From Candidatus Niyogibacteria bacterium (lineage in GTDB: Bacteria; Patescibacteriota; Minisyncoccia; JACROR01): a stretch of DNA of 64,000 bases. Position 1 is the first letter of the stretch. Each line of letters opens with the position of its first letter. The position numbers were made by a program, and so were the translations under genes. Shown in pieces: positions 1 through 8,577 of the stretch. Location of the stretch: contig JACROR010000001.1 in assembly GCA_016214345.1 (NCBI GenBank), forward strand, positions 1,264-65,263, read 5' to 3'. The notes under the pieces were generated by a model. That model saw nothing but the letters and a program-made list of their open reading frames with translations, did not search any database and had not been told where the DNA came from.

Positions 1-249
1 GCGGAAGAAGGAGCGGTTTTAGGCGGCGCGGATAATTCTTTCAAAATTTTCTGTTTTTCGGCATCAGGCAAAACATCGCCCTCAGGCACCGACAAATCTT
101 TAAGCACAGCGCGCTTCTCTTCACTAGTAAAAGGGACGAATGGCTCAACAGCGGATTTTTTTATTACTGTAAAATAATAAAAAACTGCCGCCGATATTAT
201 AATAACAACCATTACTGCTATTATAATAACTATCTTTTTCTTGTTCATG
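1..249 (-). CDS. Hypothetical small membrane-anchored protein, 3' end beyond window (N-term MNKKKIVIIIAVMVVIIISAAVFYYF... single TM anchor)
   Basis: Reverse-strand ATG at 247-249 gives an open frame to the window edge. The N-terminal hydrophobic stretch is typical of a signal anchor. It is not in the ORF track because it is truncated by the window. Confidence 0.4.
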
Positions 250-329
250 ATATATTAATTTTACATGATATATTAATTTTACACCAGCGAGCTTACAAAC
301 TCAAATATCAAATGTTGAAAACTGACCGG

Positions 330-1586
330 CTATGGATAAAACGCTTCTTTTGTATATTTGTTAGACGCATCCCATACCATCCAGCTTGTAAGCCCCGCGT
401 CATAAACCGCCCTCTTCTGCAGATTGACCATCTCCGCCGTATAAATCGCTCCCAGATCAAAGTCCTGAATCCATGGGCGAAGTTTTTCAGGCGTAGAACT
501 ATCGGCGATCAACCGATCGGAGGCCATTTTCATGCCCTTATAAACTATTTCGTAAGGATGATCCGCCGGATTTTTATAACCGTTATACCCCTTCGGATAA
601 TGCGACGGGTATACCATGGGCGCGATGTAATCAAAATACGGAGCCGCCCGCTCCAACACCTGTCCGATATTTAAATCATCGGTGTTGACCGTTACCATTC
701 CGAAGAGATCCGCGGACAGAGGCACGCCAATGTCTTTTAAGTTGTCCGATAGATATTTGAAAAATTGTTCCAGCATGTCCGCTTTACTTGGAGGTTCAAC
801 CTCCAAGTCTAACTTGGAGGTTGAACCTCCAAGTTGATAACCTCCGAGCACATCGCCGCAAAAAGTATAAACAATGTTTTTCATGTTGCCGTCGGATGGA
901 AATCTTATGTAATCAAAATTAAGTTCATCAAAACCGACGCGCTCCGCTTCCCGCGCGATCTTTATCGTATAATCCCAAACTTCTTTGGAACACTGATCCA
1001 GCCAGCTTATACCCTTGTAATCTTTCCACGCCACCCCTTCTTTGGTTTTAACCGCCAAGTCAGAGCGTAATTTAACCAAAAAAGCGTCTTGAAAAACGCT
1101 TATGCGCGCGATCGCGTAAATATTTTTATCGTGCAAAATTTTTATAAAACCCCCGATATCCGGAATGCGCTTTTCCGGCGCCCCTAACGCGGCAATTTCA
1201 GGATCGGAAACTTCAAAAGAAATCCGCCCCGTATAATCTTTGACATCCACGACTACCGCGTTTAATTCTGACGAATCTATAAAATTAACGAGACTTTTGC
1301 GCCAATCGGTCGTCCCCGCGACCCAACTTGTCATATATATTGCCTTTACTGATTTTGGCGTTTTTAGATGCGTTACTTTCGCAGGCTCAACTTTAACGGC
1401 GCAATCCGCCCCCTCACAAACAACATTTTCTTTTACATATTTCGATTGGCCATCATTGATATTGGGAGCCAAAACAAATATACCTATGCCGAAAATAGCT
1501 CCCACTAAAAGAGCCTGCCAACGCCTATTCGCCGACATATTCAAACCCAAAATAAATTTTTTTACGCGCCGCGACAAATCTTTCAT
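330..1586 (-). CDS. DUF4015-like putative glycoside-hydrolase TIM-barrel protein with N-terminal membrane anchor
   Basis: 418-aa ORF. N-terminal TM (LLVGAIFGIGIFVLAP) is followed by a domain I recall as the DUF4015 / putative glycosyl hydrolase family. An unusual palindromic insert lies at nt 787-833. Confidence 0.55.
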   Translation of the reverse strand: MKDLSRRVKKFILGLNMSANRRWQALLVGAIFGIGIFVLAPNINDGQSKYVKENVVCEGADCAVKVEPAKVTHLKTPKSVKAIYMTSWVAGTTDWRKSLVNFIDSSELNAVVVDVKDYTGRISFEVSDPEIAALGAPEKRIPDIGGFIKILHDKNIYAIARISVFQDAFLVKLRSDLAVKTKEGVAWKDYKGISWLDQCSKEVWDYTIKIAREAERVGFDELNFDYIRFPSDGNMKNIVYTFCGDVLGGYQLGGSTSKLDLEVEPPSKADMLEQFFKYLSDNLKDIGVPLSADLFGMVTVNTDDLNIGQVLERAAPYFDYIAPMVYPSHYPKGYNGYKNPADHPYEIVYKGMKMASDRLIADSSTPEKLRPWIQDFDLGAIYTAEMVNLQKRAVYDAGLTSWMVWDASNKYTKEAFYP

Positions 1587-1591
1587 GGTAT

Positions 1592-2908
1592 TTAGATTTT
1601 ATTCAGATCAAAATCAGGGTCTGCTAAATTACTTTTATGTTCCGACAAATCGCGTCTCTCCCGAATCATCCGCACAACCTTCCCCAAATATTCTTGTCCG
1701 TTCAGAAGAATGGCGCCTATCATTATGCCATTTTTCAAGAAAAAACGCGAATACTCGCCACGCATTTCCCGAACACGCGCTACCGCTTCAATACCGACAT
1801 CTTCCCTGGCATGGCCAATAAGCGCGATATGATTTTTCAAATGCGTAACCGCGTAAGAAAATACGGTGTCAAATTTTACGCGCCTGCCTGCCGGACAGGC
1901 AGGCTTGTTCTCTTCGCCGTCATTTAATGCCATATTAAAACCGGCAACTTTGCCCTGCATAAAAGATTCGCTCCAACTGCCGGACAATTTATCCATTCCG
2001 GAATAAAGGTCCGGATATTCAACCGCATCGCCCGCGGCCCAAACATTTTTACGGGAGGTTTCCATAAATTCATTAACCCTAATGCCAACACCATGCATAA
2101 GAGCGCACGATTTTGCCAATTCCAAATTGCGTTCCAATCCCACGCCCACCGCCACTATATCCGCGATTATTTTATCGCCTTTATCGGTGAGCACTCTCGC
2201 GCTGTCCAGCGCTTCCGATATGGCCTTAACCTCCGAATCAAAAAATATCTCTATGCCGCGGCTTTTCCACAAATCGGCGAACATCGCGGAACCGCGTTCA
2301 TCCAGATGCTCTTCCCAAAAACGCTTTTTGCGCAAAAGCACGGTTACTTCAAAACCCGCGTTATAAAAAATATCTATGAGATCCAAGGCATTCAATCCAC
2401 CGCCAACAACCAAAACTTTACCGCGCCGCTTCTCTTTAATGCCCAATTTGGGATTGACCCATTCCACTTCCCGATATTTTTCCATAAGTTCCCGGACGCG
2501 CCCGGCATCTTGCATTGTGCGCAAACGTGCCACGCGAGATAGCGCGCCCTCTTCTTGCGGCCAAAATTTGGGATGCCCGCCGCCGGCCAAAAGAACCTTA
2601 TTGAAAATAAAAATCTTGCCTGAAGCCGTGCGCGCTTCCGCGGCGCCCAAATCCAAAGATTCAATACGCTCGCCCAAATACAGATCTATTTTAGCGGATT
2701 CATAATCAGCTAGACGGCGAAGCATTAATTTCTCCGCGGGAATATTACCGGCGGCAAAATCAGGCAACGCGACGCGCGAATACAAAAAATGCGGCTCGGC
2801 TTCCACCAACGCGATAGAACCAGCGCCGTCTTGGCTACGAATGGTTTCCGCCGCAGTCGTACCAGCTATCCCTCCGCCAATGATCAAATAATTATATCTT
2901 TCGGCCAT
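1592..2908 (-). CDS. FAD/NAD(P)-dependent pyridine nucleotide-disulfide-family oxidoreductase (Pyr_redox_2; NADH-oxidase / reductase-like)
   Basis: Two Rossmann dinucleotide motifs are present, YLIIGGGIAGTTAAE (FAD) and VLVVGGGLNALDL (NAD(P)). Length is 438 aa. No CxxxxC redox-active pair was seen. Confidence 0.8.
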   Translation of the reverse strand: MAERYNYLIIGGGIAGTTAAETIRSQDGAGSIALVEAEPHFLYSRVALPDFAAGNIPAEKLMLRRLADYESAKIDLYLGERIESLDLGAAEARTASGKIFIFNKVLLAGGGHPKFWPQEEGALSRVARLRTMQDAGRVRELMEKYREVEWVNPKLGIKEKRRGKVLVVGGGLNALDLIDIFYNAGFEVTVLLRKKRFWEEHLDERGSAMFADLWKSRGIEIFFDSEVKAISEALDSARVLTDKGDKIIADIVAVGVGLERNLELAKSCALMHGVGIRVNEFMETSRKNVWAAGDAVEYPDLYSGMDKLSGSWSESFMQGKVAGFNMALNDGEENKPACPAGRRVKFDTVFSYAVTHLKNHIALIGHAREDVGIEAVARVREMRGEYSRFFLKNGIMIGAILLNGQEYLGKVVRMIRERRDLSEHKSNLADPDFDLNKI

Positions 2909-2932
2909 GGCTTAATTGTAGCATACGCGAAT

Positions 2933-2993
2933 AAAATTCCGGTGTAGCCGGAATTTTATTAGAAATCAAATTTGGAGGCTTGGCCTCCAAATT
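2933..2993. terminator. Two consecutive perfect hairpins (aaaattccgg-tgtag-ccggaatttt; tttggaggc-ttg-gcctccaaa) between convergently arranged minus-strand genes
   Basis: Perfect 10-bp and 9-bp stems lie directly downstream of the 3003-3251 gene. The T-tract is weak, so this may be a terminator or a regulatory structure. Confidence 0.4.
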
Positions 2994-3002
2994 AAAATAT
3001 CT

Positions 3003-3251
3003 TTACATTCCCAAATGTCCCGGCATGGTGGGCTTTTCCGTAATTACCGGTTCACGCGGCTTTTGCGGCGCGAGAGGCGCTACTTCTCCCGGCTGCGCGC
3101 TTTTTTCACCGGATACCGCCCAAAATCCCAACACGGCAATAACAACACCCAACAATATTAAAACCATGCGCTCAACCGCCAAAGAAAAATTTATAAACGG
3201 CACTAAAATCACCAACAATCCTAAAACTCCATTAATCCAATTTTTCCACAT
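3003..3251 (-). CDS. Small hypothetical membrane protein (2 predicted TM helices)
   Basis: 82-aa ORF with hydrophobic helices (GVLGLLVILVPFINF; VLILLGVVIAVLGFWAV). Preferred over the overlapping plus-strand ORF 2980-3330, which has low-complexity composition. Confidence 0.45.
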   Translation of the reverse strand: MWKNWINGVLGLLVILVPFINFSLAVERMVLILLGVVIAVLGFWAVSGEKSAQPGEVAPLAPQKPREPVITEKPTMPGHLGM

Positions 3252-3406
3252 AATTCAATTAAAAAATTTATTTTTTATAAATATCACGACCTTGCTTTTT
3301 AGTTTTCAGGTTCTAGGTTATAGTTTTTAGGTTATTATCTATATCTATGCCTTTCTATTATTATATATGAATTTGGTAAATAATATACTCCACGCAGAGA
3401 AAATCC

Positions 3407-3841
3407 TCACTTGGACACCGAGTGTCCAAGTGACAATAAAAAGAGAAGCGCGGTCGTGGTGGCGGAAACCATGCAATAAAAACATATCGCATTTATAACA
3501 AAAAGTTGAAGATAAACAAAATAGAGCGAAAATAAGACGCCTAGTCCAACTAAAGCGCACGCTCCCCAAAGCGCGTATTTTTGTTTTTCTATCATATATA
3601 TTAGCGTCAAAAATAAAAATCCGGCGTAATAAATCATGCCCCAAAGAGAGGTCGGCAATCCAAACATAATCGCGTAAGGGTTGTTTAACACAGTATTGCA
3701 CCCTTCAAAAATAACGCACCTGACGCCTTCGCCGCTGTAATGCTCCCAAGTCAAATAAGCGGCATCAAACAATCCCACGGTCGCCAAAACAAGCATCGCG
3801 ATCAAAACCATTTTCTTTTTATCCATATTCTCAAATCGCAT
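3407..3841 (-). CDS. Vitamin K epoxide reductase (VKOR) family membrane protein
   Basis: A CxxC pair in a loop (CVIFEGC) plus the TM-embedded CFYC motif (AICFYCMVSA), with 4-5 TM helices, matches the VKOR/DsbB-like architecture. Confidence 0.7.
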   Translation of the reverse strand: MRFENMDKKKMVLIAMLVLATVGLFDAAYLTWEHYSGEGVRCVIFEGCNTVLNNPYAIMFGLPTSLWGMIYYAGFLFLTLIYMIEKQKYALWGACALVGLGVLFSLYFVYLQLFVINAICFYCMVSATTTALLFLLSLGHSVSK

Positions 3842-3946
3842 TAAAAAATATTAGCATAGAAAAATAAAAAATAAAATTAGATTACTAATTATTACTAAAT
3901 ATAATCATTGCGTTTACAAAAATTTTTCTGAGCGTAACATTGAAAG

Positions 3947-4825
3947 ATGGGTTTTATTTTAGCTTTCTTGACCGCAATAGCGGAATCCACGACCAATGTT
4001 TTAAGCAAAAAAGCGCTAATCAATAAAAGCGAATATTCTATGGCGTGGACTTTGCGATTTTTTTCATTGCCATTTTTACTTTTAATGCTTGCATTGACAG
4101 AAAAATCAGCCTTACAAATAATCAACGAAAAATTCTGGCTGGCCCTTTTAATAAGCGGAGGATTGAACTCCCTAACCACCGTTCTCAGCATGAAAGCCAT
4201 AAAATATTCTGATCTTTCGGTAACTGTTCCCATGCTCGCCTTTTCTCCGGCGTTTCTTTTAATAACATCTCCTGTAATATTGGGAGAAACGCCAACGATC
4301 ATCGGCGTCGTCGGAATTCTCTTGATTGTATTGGGATCCTATATTCTCAATCTTCAAGAAAAGAAAAACGGATATTTGGAACCCTTCAAGGCATTGCTCA
4401 AAGAAAAAGGATCTCGGCTAATGTTGTTGGTCGCCTTTATCTGGTCAATTACCTCTAACTTTGATAAAATAGGCGTGCAAAATTCTTCGCCTATTTTGTG
4501 GGCAACAGCAGTTAATATTTTTATAGTCATTGTTTTGTTGCCGATTTTATGGTGGATAAACAGCCCCGCCAATCAAATAAAAATATTTAAAGACACCAAA
4601 ACTTTATTCTTGATCGGATTTTTTGGAGCGTTGGTTAGTATTTTTCAAATGACGGCCGTCAATCTGATACTGGTAAGCTATGTCATAGCCATAAAACGCC
4701 TTAGCATAATTTTCACCACCATCGCCGGTTATCTATTTTTTAAAGAACAGAAATTGCGCGAACGACTTGCGGGCGCGATCATTATGCTGATTGGCGTTGT
4801 TTTGATTATCTGGCGCGGAATATAA
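3947..4825 (+). CDS. EamA/DMT-superfamily transporter (10 TM)
   Basis: 292 aa and highly hydrophobic. A duplicated EamA-like half structure is apparent. Confidence 0.75.
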   Translation: MGFILAFLTAIAESTTNVLSKKALINKSEYSMAWTLRFFSLPFLLLMLALTEKSALQIINEKFWLALLISGGLNSLTTVLSMKAIKYSDLSVTVPMLAFSPAFLLITSPVILGETPTIIGVVGILLIVLGSYILNLQEKKNGYLEPFKALLKEKGSRLMLLVAFIWSITSNFDKIGVQNSSPILWATAVNIFIVIVLLPILWWINSPANQIKIFKDTKTLFLIGFFGALVSIFQMTAVNLILVSYVIAIKRLSIIFTTIAGYLFFKEQKLRERLAGAIIMLIGVVLIIWRGI

Positions 4826-4861
4826 AAAAATCTCATAGCATATTCTGCTATGAGATTTTTG
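4824..4861. terminator. Bidirectional rho-independent terminator (aaatctcatagca-tattct-gctatgagattttt)
   Basis: A perfect 11-bp stem flanked by A-run and T-run lies between convergent genes ending at 4825(+) and 4869(-). Confidence 0.65.
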
Positions 4862-4868
4862 ACTGCAA

Positions 4869-5699
4869 TTATTTTTTTATCAAACCGCTCTGTAAAAAAG
4901 AGGGCTGAACGCCAATAGATGCCAATAATACCGTTTGTCTTTCAAATTTGGTTGCCATTTTTGACATATGGCGCTTATAAAGTTCTGGCTGCTGCGCAGG
5001 ATCGGGCAACTCATACTTTTGAACGCCTTCGCCTTGCGGATCAATGGCCGCTATGCATGGCCCAAAATTTTCCACCAATCTGGCTAAAGGAATTATTTCT
5101 TCCACGCCGGACAACTGATAATGCGCCATTTGGTGCATTTCCTTAGACCATCCTAGTATATATGTCCCCGATTGATGATCAGCGATTTTAGCGGCCCGCA
5201 AATCAAAACCGCCGACCGTCATTAACGCAACATTGTCCCACAAACAAAAAGTGTTTGCCAATCTTCCTTCATGGATGGATTCCGACAACTCATTGATTGC
5301 CACGCCAACGGCGCGCGCGCCCTTTTGAATGGGCTCATTGAAATAACTTCTAGCGCTAACGGACAAAATAATGGAATAATCCATGCCATTTCGCAACTGC
5401 AAAGCTATCCCATAATTAAGCAAGCCGCAAAACAGATCGCCGCGCCGCACTTCGCTTAAATAAACATCGGGCACGCCCTGAAGCGCGCTCTGAAGAGATG
5501 CATATGTGTAACCACAATCCGATTCGGCAAATCTTTTATCCGCCCAAACCAACACATCTATCCTGTGAATGGCTTGGTATCCGCCTATCGTTAATCGCAC
5601 GGCCCGTTCTACGGCATCCTTAACCGTAGCCACTCTTCCTGCCACATCTTTTGAATCGGTAGCATAGGTACGCAATATCAAACCAACTCTTGGCTCCAA
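4869..5699 (-). CDS. Hypothetical protein (possibly nucleotide-diphospho-sugar-transferase-like fold; function unknown)
   Basis: 276-aa ORF with strong RBS (AGGAGGA) upstream. The N-terminus VGLILRTYATD vaguely resembles the start of a GT-A fold. No confident family assignment was made. Confidence 0.45.
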   Translation of the reverse strand: MEPRVGLILRTYATDSKDVAGRVATVKDAVERAVRLTIGGYQAIHRIDVLVWADKRFAESDCGYTYASLQSALQGVPDVYLSEVRRGDLFCGLLNYGIALQLRNGMDYSIILSVSARSYFNEPIQKGARAVGVAINELSESIHEGRLANTFCLWDNVALMTVGGFDLRAAKIADHQSGTYILGWSKEMHQMAHYQLSGVEEIIPLARLVENFGPCIAAIDPQGEGVQKYELPDPAQQPELYKRHMSKMATKFERQTVLLASIGVQPSFLQSGLIKK

Positions 5700-5825
5700 C
5701 GCAAATCCTCCTCTGTCTGTTCAGGTTGACAAGCTAAAAAATTGTTAAAAAACTATATTACCATCTGGTCATTTTTTATTGGTTAAATAATAACGTGACA
5801 ATTATTTTTTGTCCAAACAAAATTC

Positions 5826-5860
5826 CAAATAAAAACCTCGCGTAAAAGCGAGGTTTAATA
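5826..5860 (-). terminator. Rho-independent terminator (aaacctcgc-gtaaaa-gcgaggttt) ending the ugd-like/epimerase/deoC operon
   Basis: Perfect 9-bp GC-containing stem followed by a T-run on the minus strand, immediately downstream of the deoC stop. Confidence 0.6.
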
Positions 5861-5873
5861 GTTTTATAAATAT

Positions 5874-6569
5874 TTATTCTGGATTCCAAACCGGAGAACT
5901 GGTTCCGATAATTACTTTTTTTGAATGAATGGCCGATAAAATCCTTTGCGTATCCTTTGCGGTTTTAATGCCGCCCGCAATCTTGATGAAAACATCGGGC
6001 GCGGCCTTATGCATCAAGCGCGCGTGCCGTATTTTTTCCGCAAGTGAAATTTCCGGCAAAAATCCGGCCGGAGTGTCTACATCTTTTAACCCCGTAGAGG
6101 TTTTTAACGCAAACACTCCAAAACTCGCCAATTTCACTGAGACCTTTTTAAGCAAGGCTTCGTCATACCACTTATGACCGGTTTCTAAAATTACTTTAAC
6201 GCGCAAGTCTTTCGGCGCTACCGCCATGAATTTCTCCATCTCTTCTAACGCGGCGGCAACATATCCCCTTTTCAACGCCGGCAAATTGATAACCGTATCA
6301 ATTTCTCTGACACCCGCCGTATAAGCCAAAATGACTTCTTTATTTTTGCGTCTTATGCCTCCATCGCCGAACGGAAAGTCATTGACCGCGCACACGAAGA
6401 TTTTGCTATCCGCAGTTTCCCGCGCGCATAATTCCAGAATTGTTAAATTCGGCGGCACGCATACGCTCCGCACCAGATCGGAATGGAGCTTCGCCGTTTG
6501 GCAAAGCTCCATATATTTCTCCAGCGGAGCTTTTTCATCAAGTAAGGTGTAATCAATGTAGGGTTTCAT
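5874..6569 (-). CDS. deoC: Deoxyribose-phosphate aldolase family protein (DeoC-like class I aldolase)
   Basis: DeoC hallmarks are IDYTLL, VCVPP, KTSTG, IKIAGGIKT and IGTSS. The likely start is MKPYIDYTLL at 6569, overlapping the upstream stop (ATGA). The ORF-track start at 6650 is probably an over-extension. Confidence 0.7.
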   Translation of the reverse strand: MKPYIDYTLLDEKAPLEKYMELCQTAKLHSDLVRSVCVPPNLTILELCARETADSKIFVCAVNDFPFGDGGIRRKNKEVILAYTAGVREIDTVINLPALKRGYVAAALEEMEKFMAVAPKDLRVKVILETGHKWYDEALLKKVSVKLASFGVFALKTSTGLKDVDTPAGFLPEISLAEKIRHARLMHKAAPDVFIKIAGGIKTAKDTQRILSAIHSKKVIIGTSSPVWNPE

Positions 6570-7531
6570 AAATGCTTCTTTAAGTTGGCAATGCCATCTT
6601 CTAATGTAACAAACGGCCTCCAGCCCAAAAGTTTTCTGGCGCGCTCCCACGACGCAAGTGTTTCTTTCGCCTCGTCTTTGCGAGGCGCGATGAAAACGAA
6701 ATCCTTGCCCTCTACCAGCGCTTCCTTCGGTTTGCCATGAATCAATGCCGCCACTTCAAAAATGGAATAATTTTTGCCGCAGCCGACATTGATGATTTCC
6801 GCCTTCCCTACTTTGGGCGAAAGCATCGCTTCAATATTAGCGCTCGCCACATCATACACATGCGTGTAATCGCGCCGTGACAATCCATCGGGAACCACGG
6901 TCATAGGAACACCTGCCTTGTATTGATCAAGGAATATGCCGATCACGGTAGCGTATGGACCTTCAGCCGTATCCGGCTGACGCGGACCATAAACATTGAA
7001 GTAGCGCAAACAAACCGTTTCCGGCCCGCCGGTTAATACGCCCATGTCGTAACAAAGCATTTCACCGATACGCTTTGATGAAGCATACGGATTCAACGCC
7101 CGTGGCGCCAATTTCATGTCTTCTGTCAGAGGCAGTTCTGCTTCGCCGTAAGCCGAAGAGGAGGCAGAATACACCACGCGCTTCACGCCGAATTCTTTGC
7201 TCAAAAGCAGAATATTTCTGGCGCCAACCACATTAGACAAAAAACATTCATCCGGTTGTTCAAAAGACGGTTGCATGCGCGCAAACGCCGCGCAATGAAT
7301 CACGAAATCCGGACGCGTTGCCGCGAAAATTTCGCGCATCTGCTCCAGATGGGCAATATCCATCACGAAATACGACGCCTTATCATTATGGAAAGCCGCA
7401 TAATCATTCGGATGTTTTACATCCACTACTTTGACTATGGCGCCATATTCCACCAATTTATCCACGACACGGCTACCGATGAAACCGAGGCCTCCAGTTA
7501 CCATTATTCTTTTGCCGTTTAAATCATACAT
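6566..7531 (-). CDS. NAD-dependent epimerase/dehydratase (SDR; UDP-sugar 4-epimerase / UDP-glucuronate decarboxylase-like)
   Basis: MVTGGLGFIGSRVV GxxGxxG motif and YxxxK (NPYASSKRIGE). Likely start is MYDLNGKRIMVTGG at 7531, abutting the upstream gene's stop at 7533. Confidence 0.8.
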   Translation of the reverse strand: MYDLNGKRIMVTGGLGFIGSRVVDKLVEYGAIVKVVDVKHPNDYAAFHNDKASYFVMDIAHLEQMREIFAATRPDFVIHCAAFARMQPSFEQPDECFLSNVVGARNILLLSKEFGVKRVVYSASSSAYGEAELPLTEDMKLAPRALNPYASSKRIGEMLCYDMGVLTGGPETVCLRYFNVYGPRQPDTAEGPYATVIGIFLDQYKAGVPMTVVPDGLSRRDYTHVYDVASANIEAMLSPKVGKAEIINVGCGKNYSIFEVAALIHGKPKEALVEGKDFVFIAPRKDEAKETLASWERARKLLGWRPFVTLEDGIANLKKHL

Positions 7532-7532
7532 G

Positions 7533-8441
7533 TCACTCTCCTCCTTTTTCAATGTGTCCGCTAACATCTTCTATGGAAAGTCCCTGCGACTCGAGCAAAA
7601 TTTCATTGAATGCGTAACTCGCGTAAAGCAAGTCGAGCACGGCTTTCAATAATTTCGTATCTTCGCCTTTCGCGCGTCTTTCTTCATACAAGCTGTTTAT
7701 CCAAGAAATGAGCGCACGGGAATCTTTCGGAAAACAATATCCGCCGAATCCTCTGTAACCGCCGCGCTTGACATCCGTCCACGCCCCGCCGATTCTACTA
7801 TCTGCCGTCACGACTCGCTTGATATGATCGTAATCCGCGCCTATCGCTTCCGCCACGACATTCATCGCATTCGCAAAACTGACCTTGGAGGCGCCGAACA
7901 TATTGGCAAAATATTTAGCTAATTCGGCTTCAAATGCCGTAATTTGAATCGAGGAATTCTCCACCCCGGGACTTTCAAATTTCGCCCAAGGCAAAATATT
8001 AAGCACCGTACGCGCGTAAGGCCGGCTCCGTTCCGTAAATCCCACAATCTGGCGATCCGGATCCACAAAATCCAAATCCGCGTTGACTTCCGTCAAAAAT
8101 TCTGGATTAAACAAGGTAGCGACATTATATTTTTCGCCTAACATATCCGTAGTGCCCGGTTCAACCGTGGACTTAATAACCACGATTTTATCCGACGTAC
8201 GAAACTGCGCCACGACACTCTCCACGATTGAACTGTCACAACGGCCATCCTTACGGCTTGGCGTGGGCACGCAAATAAATACGATTTCCGCTGTTTGTAC
8301 GTCATCTTTCAAATCAGGCTCCTGATTCGCGTCATAAAGAAACAAATCCTGTCCCTGCCTCCAGCCCTGCGACAAAAACCAATTTGCCACTTGCCGGCCC
8401 ACAAATCCTAATCCAATCACGCCAATTTTAAGATCGCTCAT
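7533..8441 (-). CDS. UDP-glucose/GDP-mannose 6-dehydrogenase family protein, unusually short (lacks C-terminal UDP-binding domain)
   Basis: N-terminal IGVIGLGFVGRQV Rossmann motif and catalytic-Cys motif GGYCFPKD are present. Only ~60 aa follow the catalytic Cys, versus ~150 in canonical Ugd. Confidence 0.7.
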   Translation of the reverse strand: MSDLKIGVIGLGFVGRQVANWFLSQGWRQGQDLFLYDANQEPDLKDDVQTAEIVFICVPTPSRKDGRCDSSIVESVVAQFRTSDKIVVIKSTVEPGTTDMLGEKYNVATLFNPEFLTEVNADLDFVDPDRQIVGFTERSRPYARTVLNILPWAKFESPGVENSSIQITAFEAELAKYFANMFGASKVSFANAMNVVAEAIGADYDHIKRVVTADSRIGGAWTDVKRGGYRGFGGYCFPKDSRALISWINSLYEERRAKGEDTKLLKAVLDLLYASYAFNEILLESQGLSIEDVSGHIEKGGE

Positions 8442-8577
8442 GGCTCACCTCTTCCTGATTGTTCAATTGTAAAGCAACGGTTTTTAACAACATAGCACGA
8501 AAATAATCCGCAGTCCAGCTAAAAACGCTCATTTCTTTAACCCTTTAAAATTACTGAAACAGTGCTAAAATAGCGGC

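Noticed and set aside
312-674. Plus-strand 120-aa ORF antisense to the DUF4015-like gene
   Set aside because: It lies entirely inside a longer, domain-supported minus-strand CDS and has basic, low-complexity composition typical of a shadow ORF. The same reasoning was applied to the other antisense ORFs in the track, e.g. 834-1070, 1240-1821, 2082-2705, 7256-7652, 8820-9047, 9463-9861, 10225-10605, 27392-27904, 37153-37467, 42333-42919, 53165-53635 and 61023-61718.
2980-3330. Plus-strand 116-aa ORF overlapping the small membrane protein gene
   Set aside because: The minus-strand ORF 3003-3251 has coherent TM helices. The plus-strand translation is low-complexity (PNTAITTPNN...) with no start context.
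5700-5873. Plus-strand promoter-like TTGACA...TATATT in the intergenic region
   Set aside because: The spacer is about 22 bp and no plus-strand gene lies downstream. The region serves as promoter/RBS for the minus-strand gene at 5699 and as terminator for deoC.
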